Source of the DNA: Leucoraja ocellata
Taxonomy: Eukaryota
Assembly (NCBI GenBank): GCA_036785375.1
Contig: JAWMAR010000486.1
Coordinates: forward strand, 1,054,001-1,118,000
Direction: 5' to 3'
DNA: 64,000 nucleotides
This document shows, one piece after another, positions 1 to 12,670 of this stretch (the first letter of the stretch is position 1; every line of letters starts with the position of its first letter). The notes under the pieces were generated by a model that worked only from the letters and a program-made list of their open reading frames with translations, had not been told where the DNA came from and searched no databases. Made by a program: the position numbers and the translations under genes.

Positions 1-152
1 GACAATAGACCCGAGAAAAGAAGAACCAGGGAGTCTTACCTTCCATGTCCTCAACGTTGTGTGCGAGAGATGTCCCCTGGGGAGCAAGTTATGAAGAGGG
101 CCGTGCAAGAAGAGGGACGACGGTTTGTCGGACGACCGGAATGGAGGCGGCG

Positions 153-620
153 GCTGGACTTTCATATGAAGAAAGACTGGATAGACTCGGCTTGTACTCG
201 CTGGAATTTAGGAGATTGAGGGGGGATCATATAGAAACTTACAAAATTCTTAAGTGGTTGGAAAGGCTAGATGCAGGAAGATTATTCCCGATGTTGGGGA
301 AGTCCAGAACAAGGGGTCACAGTTTAAGGATAAGGATAAAATCTTTTAGGACCGAGATGAGAAAATCATTTTTTACACAGAGAGTGGTGAATCTGTGGAA
401 TTCTCTGCCACAGAAGGTAGTTGAGGCCAGTTCATTGGCTATATTTAAGAGGGGGTTAGATGTGGCCCTTGTGGCTAAAGAGATCAGGGGGTATGGAGAG
501 AAGGCAGGTACGGGATACTGAGTTGGATGATCAGCCATGATCATATTGAATGGCGGTGCAGGCTCGAAGGGCCGAATGGCCTACTCCTGCACCTATTTTC
601 TATGTTTCTACGTTTCTATG
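153..620 (+). mobile_element. CR1-clade LINE (HER1-like) 3' fragment
   Basis: ORF2 C-terminus GLSYEERLDRLGLYSLEFRRLRGD...TRGHSLRI...FFTQRVVNLWNSLP; 3' UTR gaagggccgaatggcctactcctg; (TTTCTATG)n tail. Confidence 0.9.
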
Positions 621-689
621 GGCTTTTGCAGCCATCTGTTGCTGGGACTATAAAATGGCACCTCCTGCATATAGACTGAGTGGGCTGTT

Positions 690-796
690 CTGTACATTCT
701 GTACTAACGGGGGGAATGTGCTTATGTATAATGATAGTCTTGTTGTATGCAACAAGTACTTCACTGTACCCCAGTACACGTGATAATAAATAAACC
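690..796 (+). mobile_element. Rex1/Babar-type retroposon 3' tail
   Basis: ttcactgtaccccagtacacgtgataataaa stem-loop plus AATAAA; same tail type as 6220-6278 and 49410-49465. Confidence 0.5.
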
Positions 797-2150
797 TTTG
801 AACGATTGATTTCTTACAACGGACAGCATTTATTTAGAGTATAAATTGTTTAGCCAATGAAAGGGTTAAAATCTAAACAGCCCAAAGTTGAGGAAGATAT
901 TAGGAAAGACCCTGTCAAAGAGATGGATTTCCCTCAGGATTAATGGGTGTATGGGAGCTAATGTGAGTTATGAAAAGGGAGCAGTGGTTCAAGATTCCAG
1001 AGAGAGGAAGATGAGCAGTCAGACAGGTCAATGACTTTGGATGCAGATTCACAGAATTACGTCAGTCGGAGAAACAATTGTTGTAAGCTAATATTTGGGA
1101 TATCTGACCTTGAATTGCTGCTAGTGGAAATGTGATGTCTTTAATAAGAACCTGGCATAACCCTTTAAGAAATAGTGTAGCTTCTTATTTTTAAATAACT
1201 GCATTTTCTCGAGCAACTCCACCAATTTTGCACAAATGTTACAGAGGATTGGAGCAACTCCAATGGATTGAGTTACCACTCTCACGGCCACTAGGCATTT
1301 AACTAATTGTGATCATACTATGCTATTGTAGGTAAATGGTGTAAAACAACCATCAAAGGTCAGGGTAAGGATGACTGTTGTACTGAGTGCAAGTTAAACG
1401 TGGATGATAAGGACGACATTATATGCTGTAATAACAGAAACTTGAGTTGTATTTCCAGGAATCTGAAAGATTAAGCATGAGGCAATTTTAATGGTTTTCA
1501 AAATGTTACGGGAAATGATGTGGTGGGTAGAAAAAAAAGTCACTTCTGGCAAAACATAGACATGGTCCAAATGTAAGTCATATGTTTCTATGGTAATATT
1601 AAGAAACACTCCCACATACAAAAGTAGAAGTTTGAAATACCCTATTCCAAATGTCAATTAATAAGAGATTAATAATCAGGTTGGTGGTAAAGATTTCCGT
1701 TATCTAGAAGGGATATCATATGGTGTTGGGTCACAATTCATACTAAATTGTAGAACAAGCTTAAGGGGCCAAATGACACTAATTTTCATGTTCCTCTTGC
1801 GCTTTACCATTTCTAAGCACTCGGTTATTTGCAACAATGTCTTCAGTTGCCAAGATCTTGGTACCACGCCTCAACAGCTAATTACCTCCAGCTGGTCTCC
1901 TCTTTTTGCTCTAGATTCCAGCATCTGCAGTCGCTTGTATCTCCACTTCCCTCCACAGATGCTGACATCCATTGAGTTCCTCCCTGAGGAACACTTTTTT
2001 CGCCTAACTCTAAATTATTTCCTAAATATCTTCAACTATGTGCTTCCCATTCCATTCTTACAATACCATTTAAATGCCACCTCATTTATTAATAGCTCTT
2101 CATGTGGCTTGGACAGCATACAATTGAAGTTCCCAGGGATGTGTATAAGA

Positions 2151-2348
2151 TTTTACTTCGGAGTCACGTGAGTGACTACGTGAATATCGTCAGACGCATA
2201 GCGCCGTGACTGCTTGGAGGAGCTCGGCCCCTCTACAACCGGTCGCTGCGCTATGCGTTTGACGATATTCACGTAGTCCCCCATCGTAACTCCTCATAAA
2301 ATAAAGATCAAACTTCAAACTGGTAAGTTCTCGTTTAATCTTACTATT
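2151..2348 (+). mobile_element. Miniature hairpin element, likely joined DIRS-like termini
   Basis: 31-bp inverted arms 2174-2204 and 2248-2278 (30/31 identical); CpG-rich in AT-rich surroundings. Ends TTTTACTTCGGAGTCACG... and ...GGTAAGTTCTCGTTTAATCTTACTATT recalled as DIRS-like; no TSD seen. Confidence 0.55.
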
Positions 2349-2909
2349 AAAGATTCCATGGAAATGTGTGACGTTGTTATCTCCATAGCACAGGGGAAAG
2401 AGCAAGGCAAATGTCTTTATGAACTATTGACAAGGTAGAGGTGAAATGATTGTTGACATTTTATATTTCATTTTTTATTTCAGAATGAAGTTCCCTTGTT
2501 CTCCCTCAAGATATTGTTGGTATCTTTTAATAAAAGTTATCTTTCAGTAAATGTTATAAGTGTCTACACTGACAGGTGCCTATGAGTGCTAAATGACAGC
2601 CTTTAACACGAACAAATTGTAGGCACCCATTTCTTGGTCATTTCTCCTATCTGTTCTAAACCACTGTCTTCAGAAAGATGTTTAGAAGTCATTTAAAATT
2701 ACCTTAGAAGAGAAAGAGAATTCTACAAAACAAATTGTTTCTGTGACAATCTCATAATGGAAGAGTCATTGTGTATCATGTTTCATGTAATTGAGCTGGC
2801 ATTACTCGCATATTGAAAATTTAGTTTGAAATGTCTATTAAAAACATAAGTAAAAGGAGTAGATTTTATGCTGCCATATCTTAACACATGGAATAAACAT
2901 TGTGTTATC

Positions 2910-3120
2910 ATTTAGTCAGAGGGTAGTTCATCTGTGGAACTCATTGTCACAGACGGCTGTGGAGGCCAAGTCAGTGGATATTTTTAAGGCAGAGATAGAT
3001 AAATTCTTGATTAGAATGGCTGTCAAGGGTTATGGTGAGAAGGCAGGAAAATGGGATCAGCCATGATTCAATGGCGGAGTAGACTCGATGGGCCGAATGG
3101 CCTAATTCTACTCCTATAAC
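2910..3120 (+). mobile_element. CR1-clade LINE 3' end
   Basis: tttagtcagagggtag...ctgtggaactcattg...gggccgaatggcctaattct; homologous to 370-600. Confidence 0.85.
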
Positions 3121-3779
3121 GTGAACGTGATCATTCCATGGATACATTTTGTCAGAAGCACTGTGAATATACCAACTTCACACTATCTTAAGACTGGAGT
3201 TATTGTGGCTGGTGATATCTCATGGTGGAGGCAGGTAGAAAGGATGCATAATTTTCTTCTTCACCACTTGGGTAGTAAATTGACCCCCCTGTGTTTTGCC
3301 TGCCTTTTAATTTAAAATGGGACATTAGTTTATTTTCAGATTGTGCATTTCATGAGTACACGATGGACATTCTTGTTTTAACAGGGTACCTCCTTCAGAG
3401 AGTTGCTTCCTAAGCAGCTTTCCGCTGCCCACTCAGTCCCATGAAAAAGTCTTCATCGTACCATCCAAAGCTGACCCTTCCAACTGCCCATAAGCTGACC
3501 GCTTGTTTAGGCTGGGTTAGGTCACTTCTTTATAACTCTGGGCAGCCACCATGGACCCATACATACACCATATACATTTTGAAAGCAAACCATCCCAAAG
3601 GCATTAATGCAATAAACACAATCTAAAAGCAAAGAAATCTTTCAACAACTATTTTCTTAAATTACTTTAATTGGCTCAATGCTCAAGAGGGATTTAAAAA
3701 TATTTATTTATGCATCAGGAAGTCTACAGGCATGTCAGACAGAAGTTATCGAGCAGTTGTGATTAGCCAATAGTCTATT

Positions 3780-4290
3780 TTAACTGCACCTACAGTAGTA
3801 TCCAGTTTACCTCTAGGATAGAAAGGGGTTTGAAGAAGTGGTTTGAAACTGAGGTCCATCGTCATCAGTACACTCTTGAGTAGAAAAGTCCAAGGATTCA
3901 CTGCTCTATTGATGAAGGGATTAATTCTCATCTCAGCCCTAAATGTCTGACACTATATTTTGATTCCAACCACACAAACTATCATTCCTACATTTATCTT
4001 GTTGGATGCTGTAAGAATGTTGTGAGTTTCAAGGGGATCAGCGTTTGCTCTATTAGGCTTAGAGAGTATAGCCACAGTGTAGGCTTTCTTGCCTCTATTT
4101 GTTAAAAATTTCCCCATTAGGCAAATTTTGCCCAATGCTTGGAAACAACATGGATTTTGTTCTGTTTGCAGTCCCTCTATCACAAATGTACCCTGCTTTG
4201 GGTAGACCTGCACACAATGTTCCAGGTGTGATCTCTACAGGGCTCTATATATTTGGAATTGGATCATCCTCAAATGTTCTTACATAAAGC
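3780..4290 (-). mobile_element. Degraded CR1 fragment
   Basis: Minus-strand remnant MRINPFINRAVNPWTFL resembles CR1 MRRNFFTQRVVNLWNSL. Confidence 0.5.
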
Positions 4291-5058
4291 CAACAATTCA
4301 CAGGCATAAAATCAGTCCTAGTCTGTTTCAAGTTGCACATTCCAACATAACAGCTTCCTCCGTCCTCAGTAAAATAATAGTTGTCCAATGAATTGTAACT
4401 TGTTTCTGGGCCTCACAGTCAACTCTCTAATATCAATAACCAGATGCTAATTTATGTATGCTTCAGCTAGTAATCCAGAGACTATCATGTTTGTGCTCTG
4501 TATTTTATTAATTTGGCCACTTTTAGTCATAATTCCACCACATTCAATGCGAAGCTTGTAAAATATAGCTCTGCTCATGTGGGTATTGTTTGACCACAAT
4601 TACATCCTTCAAATGCAATAGAATTTCTAGATTTGCATTTTATCAAAGAAGTGTTACTTATAACGAACTTTTAAAACCAGTTCTACAACCGTAATTGAAT
4701 GATGGGGGTTCGAACCAAGTGTAGTTGGATTGTAGGAAAGACTGATAGATTTTATAAGGATGTGACCTCTTCACACAATTGATTGTGGCACTTGGCAAAT
4801 CTTACACATTCATCACCCAGTCAATCAGTGTAATTGAAAACAGACCACTTCATGCCACGGTTTGATCTGGAGCAACTAGTTGTGGTAATTCTTTTGCACA
4901 TTCATATCCCTGTGAAAGATTAGATTTCTGGAAACAGTGATTTGGTTGAATGTTTGCAAATGTATATTTATAACTCCAAATATATCCGAATATAAAAATA
5001 ACAAACAGTTAGACCTTTATGTTATTCTTTCTTCGCAATTTATCTTGCAGTTGCAGAA

Positions 5059-6278
5059 ACGGTGGATGCAATCTCACTGGCTCTCCACTGCGCTCTGGAC
5101 CACTTGGACAACAAAAAATCATATGTCAGGCTGTTATTCATTGACTACAGCTCGGCATTTAATACCATCATTCCCTCCAAGCTGGTTACCAAGCTCTCAG
5201 ATCTGGGTCTCTGCGCATCCCTCTGCAATTGGATCCTTGACCCCCTCATTCACAGACCACAGTCTATCCGTATTGGTGGAAATGTGTCATCCTCGATAAC
5301 AATCAGCACGGGAGCACCTCAAGGCTGCGTGCTCAGCCCCCTGCTGTACTCACTCTATACTCATGACTGCGTAGCAGGACATGGTGCAAACTCCATCATC
5401 AAGTTCACTGTTGTGGGATGTATCACTGATGGGGAACAGTCAGAGTATAGAAGTGAGATCGATTAATTGACCAAATGGTGCCAGCACAATAACTTGGCTG
5501 TCAACACCAGCAAAGCCAAGGAACTGATTGTGGACTTTGGAAGGGGTAGGATGGGGACCCACAGTCCCGCTTATATCAACAGGTCGATGGTGGAAAGGGT
5601 CAAGAACTTCAAATTCCTGGGCTGCATATTTCCGAAGATCTCCCCTGGTCCCAGAACACTGATGCAATCATAAAGAAAGCACATCAGCACCTCTACTTCC
5701 TGAGAAGATTACGGAGAGTCAGTATGTTAAGGAGGACTCTCTCGAACTTCTACAGGTGCACAGTAGGGAGCATGCTGACTGGTTGCATCATGGTTTGGTA
5801 CGGCAACCTGAGCGTTCAGGAACGGAAAAGGCTGCAAAAAGTTGTAAACATTGGCCAGTCCATCATCGGTTCTGACCTCCCTACCATTGCAGGGATTTAT
5901 TGCAGTCGCTGCCTCAAAAAGGCTGCCAGCATCATCAAGGACCCACACCATCCTGGCCACACACTCAGCTCTCCGCTTCCAACAGGTAGAAGGTACAGGA
6001 GCCTGAAATCTGCAACATCCAGGTTCAGGAACAGCTTCTTCCCCACAGCCATCAGACTATTAAACACAACTTCAAACAAACTCTGACTATAACAGCCTAT
6101 TGCACTTTATCTGATTATTTATGTGTGTGTGTATATATATATATTATGGTATATGGACACACTGATCTGATCTGTATTTATGCCTACAATATTCTGTTGT
6201 GCTGCAGCAAAGCAAGAATTTCATTGGCCTATCTGGGCCAGATGACAATAAACTCTCTTGACTCTTGACTTGACTTGA
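5059..6278 (+). mobile_element. Rex1/Babar-clade LINE, 5'-truncated, disrupted RT
   Basis: RT motifs DAISLALH...[17 protein letters not shown]...[20 protein letters not shown]; C-terminus DPHHPGH...RRYRS...RFRNSFFPTAIRLLN; stops and frameshifts; AATAAA + (CTTGA)n tail. Confidence 0.9.
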
Positions 6279-6342
6279 AATGATCCCAATAAAGATGTAA
6301 CAATTTGTTTATGATTGCCTGGTTTAAAGAGGTAAATTTCCT

Positions 6343-6830
6343 AGTCAAGTGAAGAATGTTTTATTGTTATGGGTCCCAGATAGAACAATGAAATTCTTAC
6401 TTGCTGCAGCACAACAGAATATGTAATCATAATAAATAATACAACAAAAACTCAGAAAAAAAGAACAAATAATAATAGTGCAATAATAATAATAATAGTT
6501 TATTGTCATTCATAGCTTATGAGGTTGTAGTGCTTAATAGTTGTAGATAAGAAGCTGTTCCTGAAACTGGACGTTACAGTTCTCAGGCGCCTGTACCTTC
6601 TTCTCGATGGCAGTGGTGAGATGAGTTTGTGGCCAGGATGGTGCGGGTCTTTGATGATGTTGGCTGCCTTTTTGAGGCAGCGACTACGATAGATCCCTTC
6701 GATAGTGGGGAGGTCAGAACCGGTGGTGGCTTGAGCAGTGTTTACAACTTTTTGCAGTCTTTTCCGCTCCTGGATGTTCAAGTTGCCAAACCAGGCCACG
6801 ATACAACCAGTCAGTATGCTCTCTACTGTC
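6343..6830 (-). mobile_element. Rex1/Babar-clade LINE 3' fragment
   Basis: ORF 6506-6799 WFGNLNIQERKRLQKVV...DPHHPGH, closely similar to 5724-6086; tail-to-tail with it. Confidence 0.9.
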
Positions 6831-6889
6831 CAACACAGTTAATTCATGATTACTTTCTTAATCTATTTGGGATGTCTATGTGGTAATAT

Positions 6890-7030
6890 GAGAAAGGGGT
6901 GGGAGATTGCAACCTTCACGTGGTGCACCCTGATTCGACTAATACTATCAACCCGACGTGCACAAACAAGATCAAATAGAACAAGTTGACCTCCAACTTT
7001 AGGCTGTGCATGGCATACGCAAGAAGAAGA
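6890..7030 (+). repeat. Unclassified retroposon-like fragment with (AAG)n tail
   Basis: CpG-containing block ending ...gcatacgcaagaagaagaa; family not assigned. Confidence 0.35.
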
Positions 7031-7089
7031 ACATGAGAAAGGTTTAATAATTGACAATCCCAGTAATTAAAAACACAAATTAAAATCCT

Positions 7090-7573
7090 TGTGATTGAGG
7101 CAGTGCAGCGTAGGTTCACGAGATTGATCCCTGGGATGGCGGGACTGTCATATGAGGAAAGATTGAAAAGACTAGGCTTGTATTCACTGAAGTTTAGAAG
7201 GATGAGGGGGGATCTTATAGAAACATATAAAATTATAAAAGGACTGGACAAGCTAGATGCAGGAAAAATGTTCCCAATGTTGGGCGAGTCCAGAACTAAG
7301 GGCCACAGTCTTAGAATAAAGGGGAGGTCATTTAAGACTGAGGTGAGAAAAAAACGTTTTCACCCAGAGAGTTGTGAATTTATGGAATTCCCTGCCAGAG
7401 GGCAGTGGAGGCCAAATCACTGGATGGATTTAAGAGAGAGTTAGATAGAGCTCTAGGGACCAGTGGAGTCAAGGGAAATGAGGAGAAGGCAGGCAGGGTT
7501 ATTGATAGGGGACGATCAGCCATGATCACAATGAATGGCGGTGCTGGCTCAAAGTTTCTGTTTCTATGTTTCT
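7090..7573 (+). mobile_element. CR1-clade LINE 3' fragment
   Basis: IEAVQRRFTRLIPGMAGLSYEERLKRLGLYSL...RRMRGDLIETYKI; frameshift near 7350; TTTCTATG tail. Confidence 0.9.
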
Positions 7574-7889
7574 GCAACAGTAAGGTTGTTTCTATCTCTG
7601 TTGTAAAAACTGTGGCTCGCATTCAAATAGTTTCATCTTTAAAGACATGCTTAGCCATTGACTGGTCTCAAATAATTACCTGCTGCCTGGCTCAAGAAAG
7701 ACAGTGGTGAATGTCTTCACATCAACTTTCCTCTTCCATCAAGGAAGATGAGGGCTGTGGACACATAGGATAACCATTATCTGCAGGATTCCCTCCAACG
7801 CGCATAACATCCTGGCCAGTAAATATAATCACCAATCCTTTATTGCTGATGAGACTGAATTCTGGAACTTACTACCAAACAAAATTGTT

Positions 7890-8105
7890 TTGTTTACTTT
7901 ATTGCCATGTTTAACTAAGTATAGCAAAAAAAGTGTTTTTGTTGTGTGCTAGCCAGTCAATGGAAAGATTATGCATGATTCCAATGAAGCCTTTCACAGT
8001 GTACAGATACATGATAAAAGAAATAATGTTGAGTGCCAAATAAAGTCCATAAAGTCCGATTATATATAGTCTGAGGGTCTCCAATGAGGTAGATGGTAGG
8101 TCAAT
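7890..8105 (-). mobile_element. Rex1-type retroposon 3' tail
   Basis: Minus strand ends ...catggcaataaagtaaac, like the other Rex-type tails. Confidence 0.45.
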
Positions 8106-10929
8106 GGCAGTGCAGGATGAATCAGTTTGATCCTTTGGGTCATCATTAGTCAAATCCAGTGTCTCATATGATGGTGGCTGATGACCAGACAGTTCTGGCA
8201 CAGTGGGAGTAATTTTCCACAGTCAAAATAAAGTGGGCATCCCTTGATACTAAAATACAACCTTCCATTTCCACACTCTGCACCCTCCATAATCAGATTG
8301 AAAGTTAACAATAACATTTTGTAATATTGACAACAATGATAAATGTGTTCACAATATTTAATGCTTTATATGCTCAAACATCTGTCAAGTTTTCTATTCA
8401 TTTTAAGGATGTGGCGGTACAGGCAAGGTTAGCTTTGGCTGCCTGTGAGAAGGTGTTGATGCATTCTGTCTGGTAGAAAGTTGCAGAATTCAGTCTCGTC
8501 AGCAATGAAGGAATGGTGATATCTTTGCGGAGGAGGGTTAGTGTGAAGGTACATTCCCCAGTTACTCTCCTGATTGACCTGGTGATGTTCTAGTTACGTC
8601 CTTCTGCCCCATACTTGCCTACCAATGGAAAATGTCCCTATGCACAACAGCAACCTCTTTCAAAAATCTGAAAGGTCACAATCACATTAACGTTTATTTT
8701 GAAGAAAACTTTTACATGTATTTCCCTTACTAAAACATTACCAACTAAATCTGGCTCACTACACATTACTAAGCCCTGTAGGGCCGGCCTTCTCATTGGT
8801 TCTGCTGTTGCAAGGTCCTCATTGAAGGTACTGCTTTAACTTCCAAATACATTCAGACTACTTCCTCCTTTGGTCCCTGCTTACTGCCAATAGCTACATC
8901 TTTTGCAGCACCCTCAACCTTACCCCCACTGAGAGGGCAAAGATGTGCAGTGGATAAATGGCAGAACACCCCACCCATAGTCACCGCAAATAGCAGAAGA
9001 CCCCTCATTCAATGAATAGCTTCCAAAAAAATCTGAAGCAGGCTGTACTAGCAAATACCAATTGTGTGAGTATCCCTTTAAGTCTCACAGCTGCAGTGAA
9101 TGGTATTGTATAAGGAGTGATCACTCCGTGTGTGTTCTGCGCATCAAATGTCTGATGTGTTCTAGTGCACGTTGCTGCAGAGAGTGGGGCCTAATTTCCC
9201 AAACTACCTTCTTAGTTTCCTAATGCATGGTTACATATCAATTTTCAATCGTACAAGACTGGAGAGGATGCACCAGGCATTACAATTTTAAGCAGAGGTT
9301 TTTCAGACAAATATATTTTCTGACTTTTTTCTCTTTAGGGTATTTGAAAACATAAATTACACATTATCTCTGGATCGTGTCTGAGAGCAATTACAGGAAC
9401 TCTGTAATAGATTATAAGGAAACATAAGTATTAGGAAATTTGACACTGTCACTCCTGTGAAAGCTTATGTGGACATTTGGAGGCAGTGAACTGGACATTA
9501 GATTGATCCTTGAAAGCAAATCTATGTTTTAATCACAAAAGAGCAGCGTGATTTTACTTGAGCAAAATTAAAGTTTACCAACAGGGATACAAATATGCTA
9601 ATTAAATCACTAAATTAGGCTGTGTAGCCTTTTGCTGCTGAAACTGTGCCAGATGTTTGAAGTGCGTTTTATCATGTTGAACATGTTAAAAAGATTTTAT
9701 CAATGTGAACACTCGACTTTGTTATTTCACTAAATTAAGCAAATTCTGGACAAACGTATTCCTGACTCTGGAGTTCAAAATGGAAAGATTATTGTAAAGT
9801 TCTGAGAAATGAAGGACAGATACTATCAATGTAGACATACAATATTTCTTGTTACTGATGGAGCTGGGCCACTAAAGTCAGAAACAGTTAAGTGCTTTCT
9901 ATGGTATTTTCATTTCTGTTTGTGGGCTTGTCATCTGAAACTCTAACTGAACTCACTGATAATGCCATCTGTAATTACCTGAGCAGGGATGTACAGAGCC
10001 TGCTACTTACACATGAAGTCAGCACGGTAACAATGTTAGTGTATCCAGTGACCACTAATGTTGCTACACCACACTAACTCAACCACATGAATCGATGGCT
10101 AGTGAATATTTAAAGATGAGACATGGGTTAGGGATGCTACAATGCTGATCATTAAAGTGGCTGTGTATTATTCCTGATAATCTAAATAGTGAGTATAACC
10201 TGATTACTCTACAGCCATGAGCAACACCATGAACTTCTCTATGAAACCTTTTCCCAGCATTTTAGAAAATAAGTAGGGGTAGGTAATTTGGTCCTTTGAG
10301 CTTGCTTGCATTCTTAACCTGGATCCAAGGTTATCTGACTTCATTATCTGACTGGTAATCTCTATTTTCCTATCTGTCCATCACCATTGTCTCATTAGTT
10401 CAATGAAATTGACATGGTCATCGAGCAAAGCCATTTCAAGGAGACCTTCCTTTTGCAGTTTAGCTACATCTTTCACTTTGTGGAGTCAGACCTTACTTAT
10501 TAGATTAGCTTCACTATTTTGGGGGGGAAATATAGCCAATAACTTTGAAATCCATGGGTTGGAAAACTGTTGGTTGATTTTCCATTACATTTGTCTCAAG
10601 GAAAGGTAACATAATACCTTTCACAAAATGGTATGAAAACCACATTGAACCAATTTTCAGTAGTTCACCACTCAGTAGGCGTCAGGCTGACCTGTGAGAT
10701 ATTTATAAATTCAGGATTGCTCTATTTTTTTGCTATATTTGGAACAATTTCATCCAAGTCTTGAGACAATTTTTATTAGTTACTAGACATGTTAAGATCC
10801 ACGGGTTGAATCACTTGTCATTACCATCATAATTTTTATCTATTGTCAATCTGACCCTTTTCAACTTTTCCACAGAAACTCATAATTCAAATAAACTGAA
10901 TTATTTTACTTGACAACATCTAACAAAGC

Positions 10930-11590
10930 TAATGTTATTAAAGTCAAGAATGCTTATTTGTTAGATGCACCAGATAGGAACCGGAACAATTATATTCTTA
11001 CTTTCTGCGGCTTTGCAAGCCCGTTATTAGACGCCACAACAACAACAATAAATGATCAGTTATTCTAAGTAACTAGACCGTGAAACCAACCTATGCAGAG
11101 CAATCACAGTAATGCACAGTCTGTAGTGGTTTGCAAGAGTTTAGTTAGAGTTACGCAGGGTGTTTCAAGAACCTGAAGATTGATGGGGAGAAGCTATTCT
11201 TGAATTTGGAGCAAATTGTTCTCAAGTAACTTGCAATAGGCTTCCCAATGGTAGCAGCAAATAGAGAGCATGGCCAGATGGTGTGGGTGTTTGATGGTAT
11301 TAGTTACATTCTTGAGGCTGCACTTCCCATACATCCCTTTGTTTGTGGTCAGGGCCTATTATGGACTGGGCAAGCACCACGATCTTGTAGCCTCCTTTGT
11401 TCTTGAGCATTTAAATTTCCAAACCAGTACATGCTGCAAACAGTCACTATTCTCACAACAGACATATAGTCACTATATGTACACCTGTAGAAGGTTGATT
11501 GTGTAATTGCCAACATGTCTAATCTCCCTCAAAATTCTGAGGATTGGTGATAATGTTTTTGTGATTGCATCTATGTACTGGGTCAAGGGC
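10930..11590 (-). mobile_element. Degraded Rex1/Babar fragment
   Basis: 11190-11490 aligns by eye with 6545-6830 (gaagctattcttgaa...atggccagatggtgtgggtgtttgatg). Confidence 0.65.
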
Positions 11591-11837
11591 ATATTTGTAA
11601 GTAAGATTGTATGTGGCCTTAAAATGCTGCTCTATCATGGGTGCATATTTTCTGAACAGGAGCATCGTTTTTACAAGTAATATGTAGGTATAATGAAATC
11701 TGAGATGTAGTCTTCAGTGCTGAATTACTTCTCCCATCTGAAACTCTCAACCAATAACTCCATTTCTTTTACTTCCCAATTTTTAACATCCCACCCACAG
11801 TTTATGAATAATGTACAACAGAAAGACAAGGTAGGGC

Positions 11838-12075
11838 CATAAGACCGGAGCAGATTTAGGCCATTCAGCCCATCGAGTCTACTCCATCATTCAATCATGG
11901 CTGATCTATTTCCCCCCCTCAACCCCAATCTCCTGCCTTCTCCCCGTAACCTTTGATGCCCTTCCTAATCAATCTCAGTTTTAAAAATACCCAATGTCTT
12001 GACTTCCACACCTATCTGCGGTAATGAATTCCACAGGTTCACCGCCCTCTGGTCTAATTCTTCCTTACCTCCATT
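11838..12075 (-). mobile_element. CR1-clade LINE 3' end
   Basis: Reverse complement of CR1 3' UTR: aggccattcagcccatcgagtctactccatcattcaatcatggctgatc. Confidence 0.85.
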
Positions 12076-12584
12076 CTGGGATGGGAGTTTTATTATTAAA
12101 TTGAATGCATCTAAGGAGATGAATGAAGAAACATTAGCAGATGCACATTAAGAATTTTAAACACCGCTTCAGAGTTTTCCAAGTATCCGTGCCAAGCTTG
12201 AAGGAACCAAACAGCCATACGAAATGTATCAGACGTATTATACTTCACACAAGATTGGTGCACTGTAGTATTGGCAGGCCATTGTGACATGGGTGAAATC
12301 ACTGAGCTTTGCTTCTATTGTTTTCAATCCTTTAGTGTCGTGGAACATGACCTCAACTTTAGGTTACTCACCTAAATGGGAATCTACTTTCCTGAGATCT
12401 GTTTAACACTCAACTCTTATTTCTCATCTTGTCATTTAAACAATTTAACCATAAACAGATTTGAAGAAATATGGATCCAAATAAAGATTCCACAGAGGAG
12501 GCAATCAATGGAAAAGCTGTGGTTTTATTCAATCAAGCACTGAATTAAAATTTTCCATGATTCTAGCCAGCAATTATATATCTG

Positions 12585-12670
12585 AGCACAATGTAAACTG
12601 CTGGAGGAACTCGGCATTTGGGGAGGGAATGGACAGGTGAAGTTTTAGGTCGGGACCCTTCTTCAGACTG
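12585..12670 (-). mobile_element. Penelope-associated short repeat (degenerate hammerhead core)
   Basis: Minus strand cagtCTGAAGAagggtcccgacctaaaac. Confidence 0.65.

Noticed and set aside
45-521. 158-aa ORF as a gene
   Set aside because: Chance fusion of an unrelated upstream fragment to a CR1 ORF2 C-terminus.
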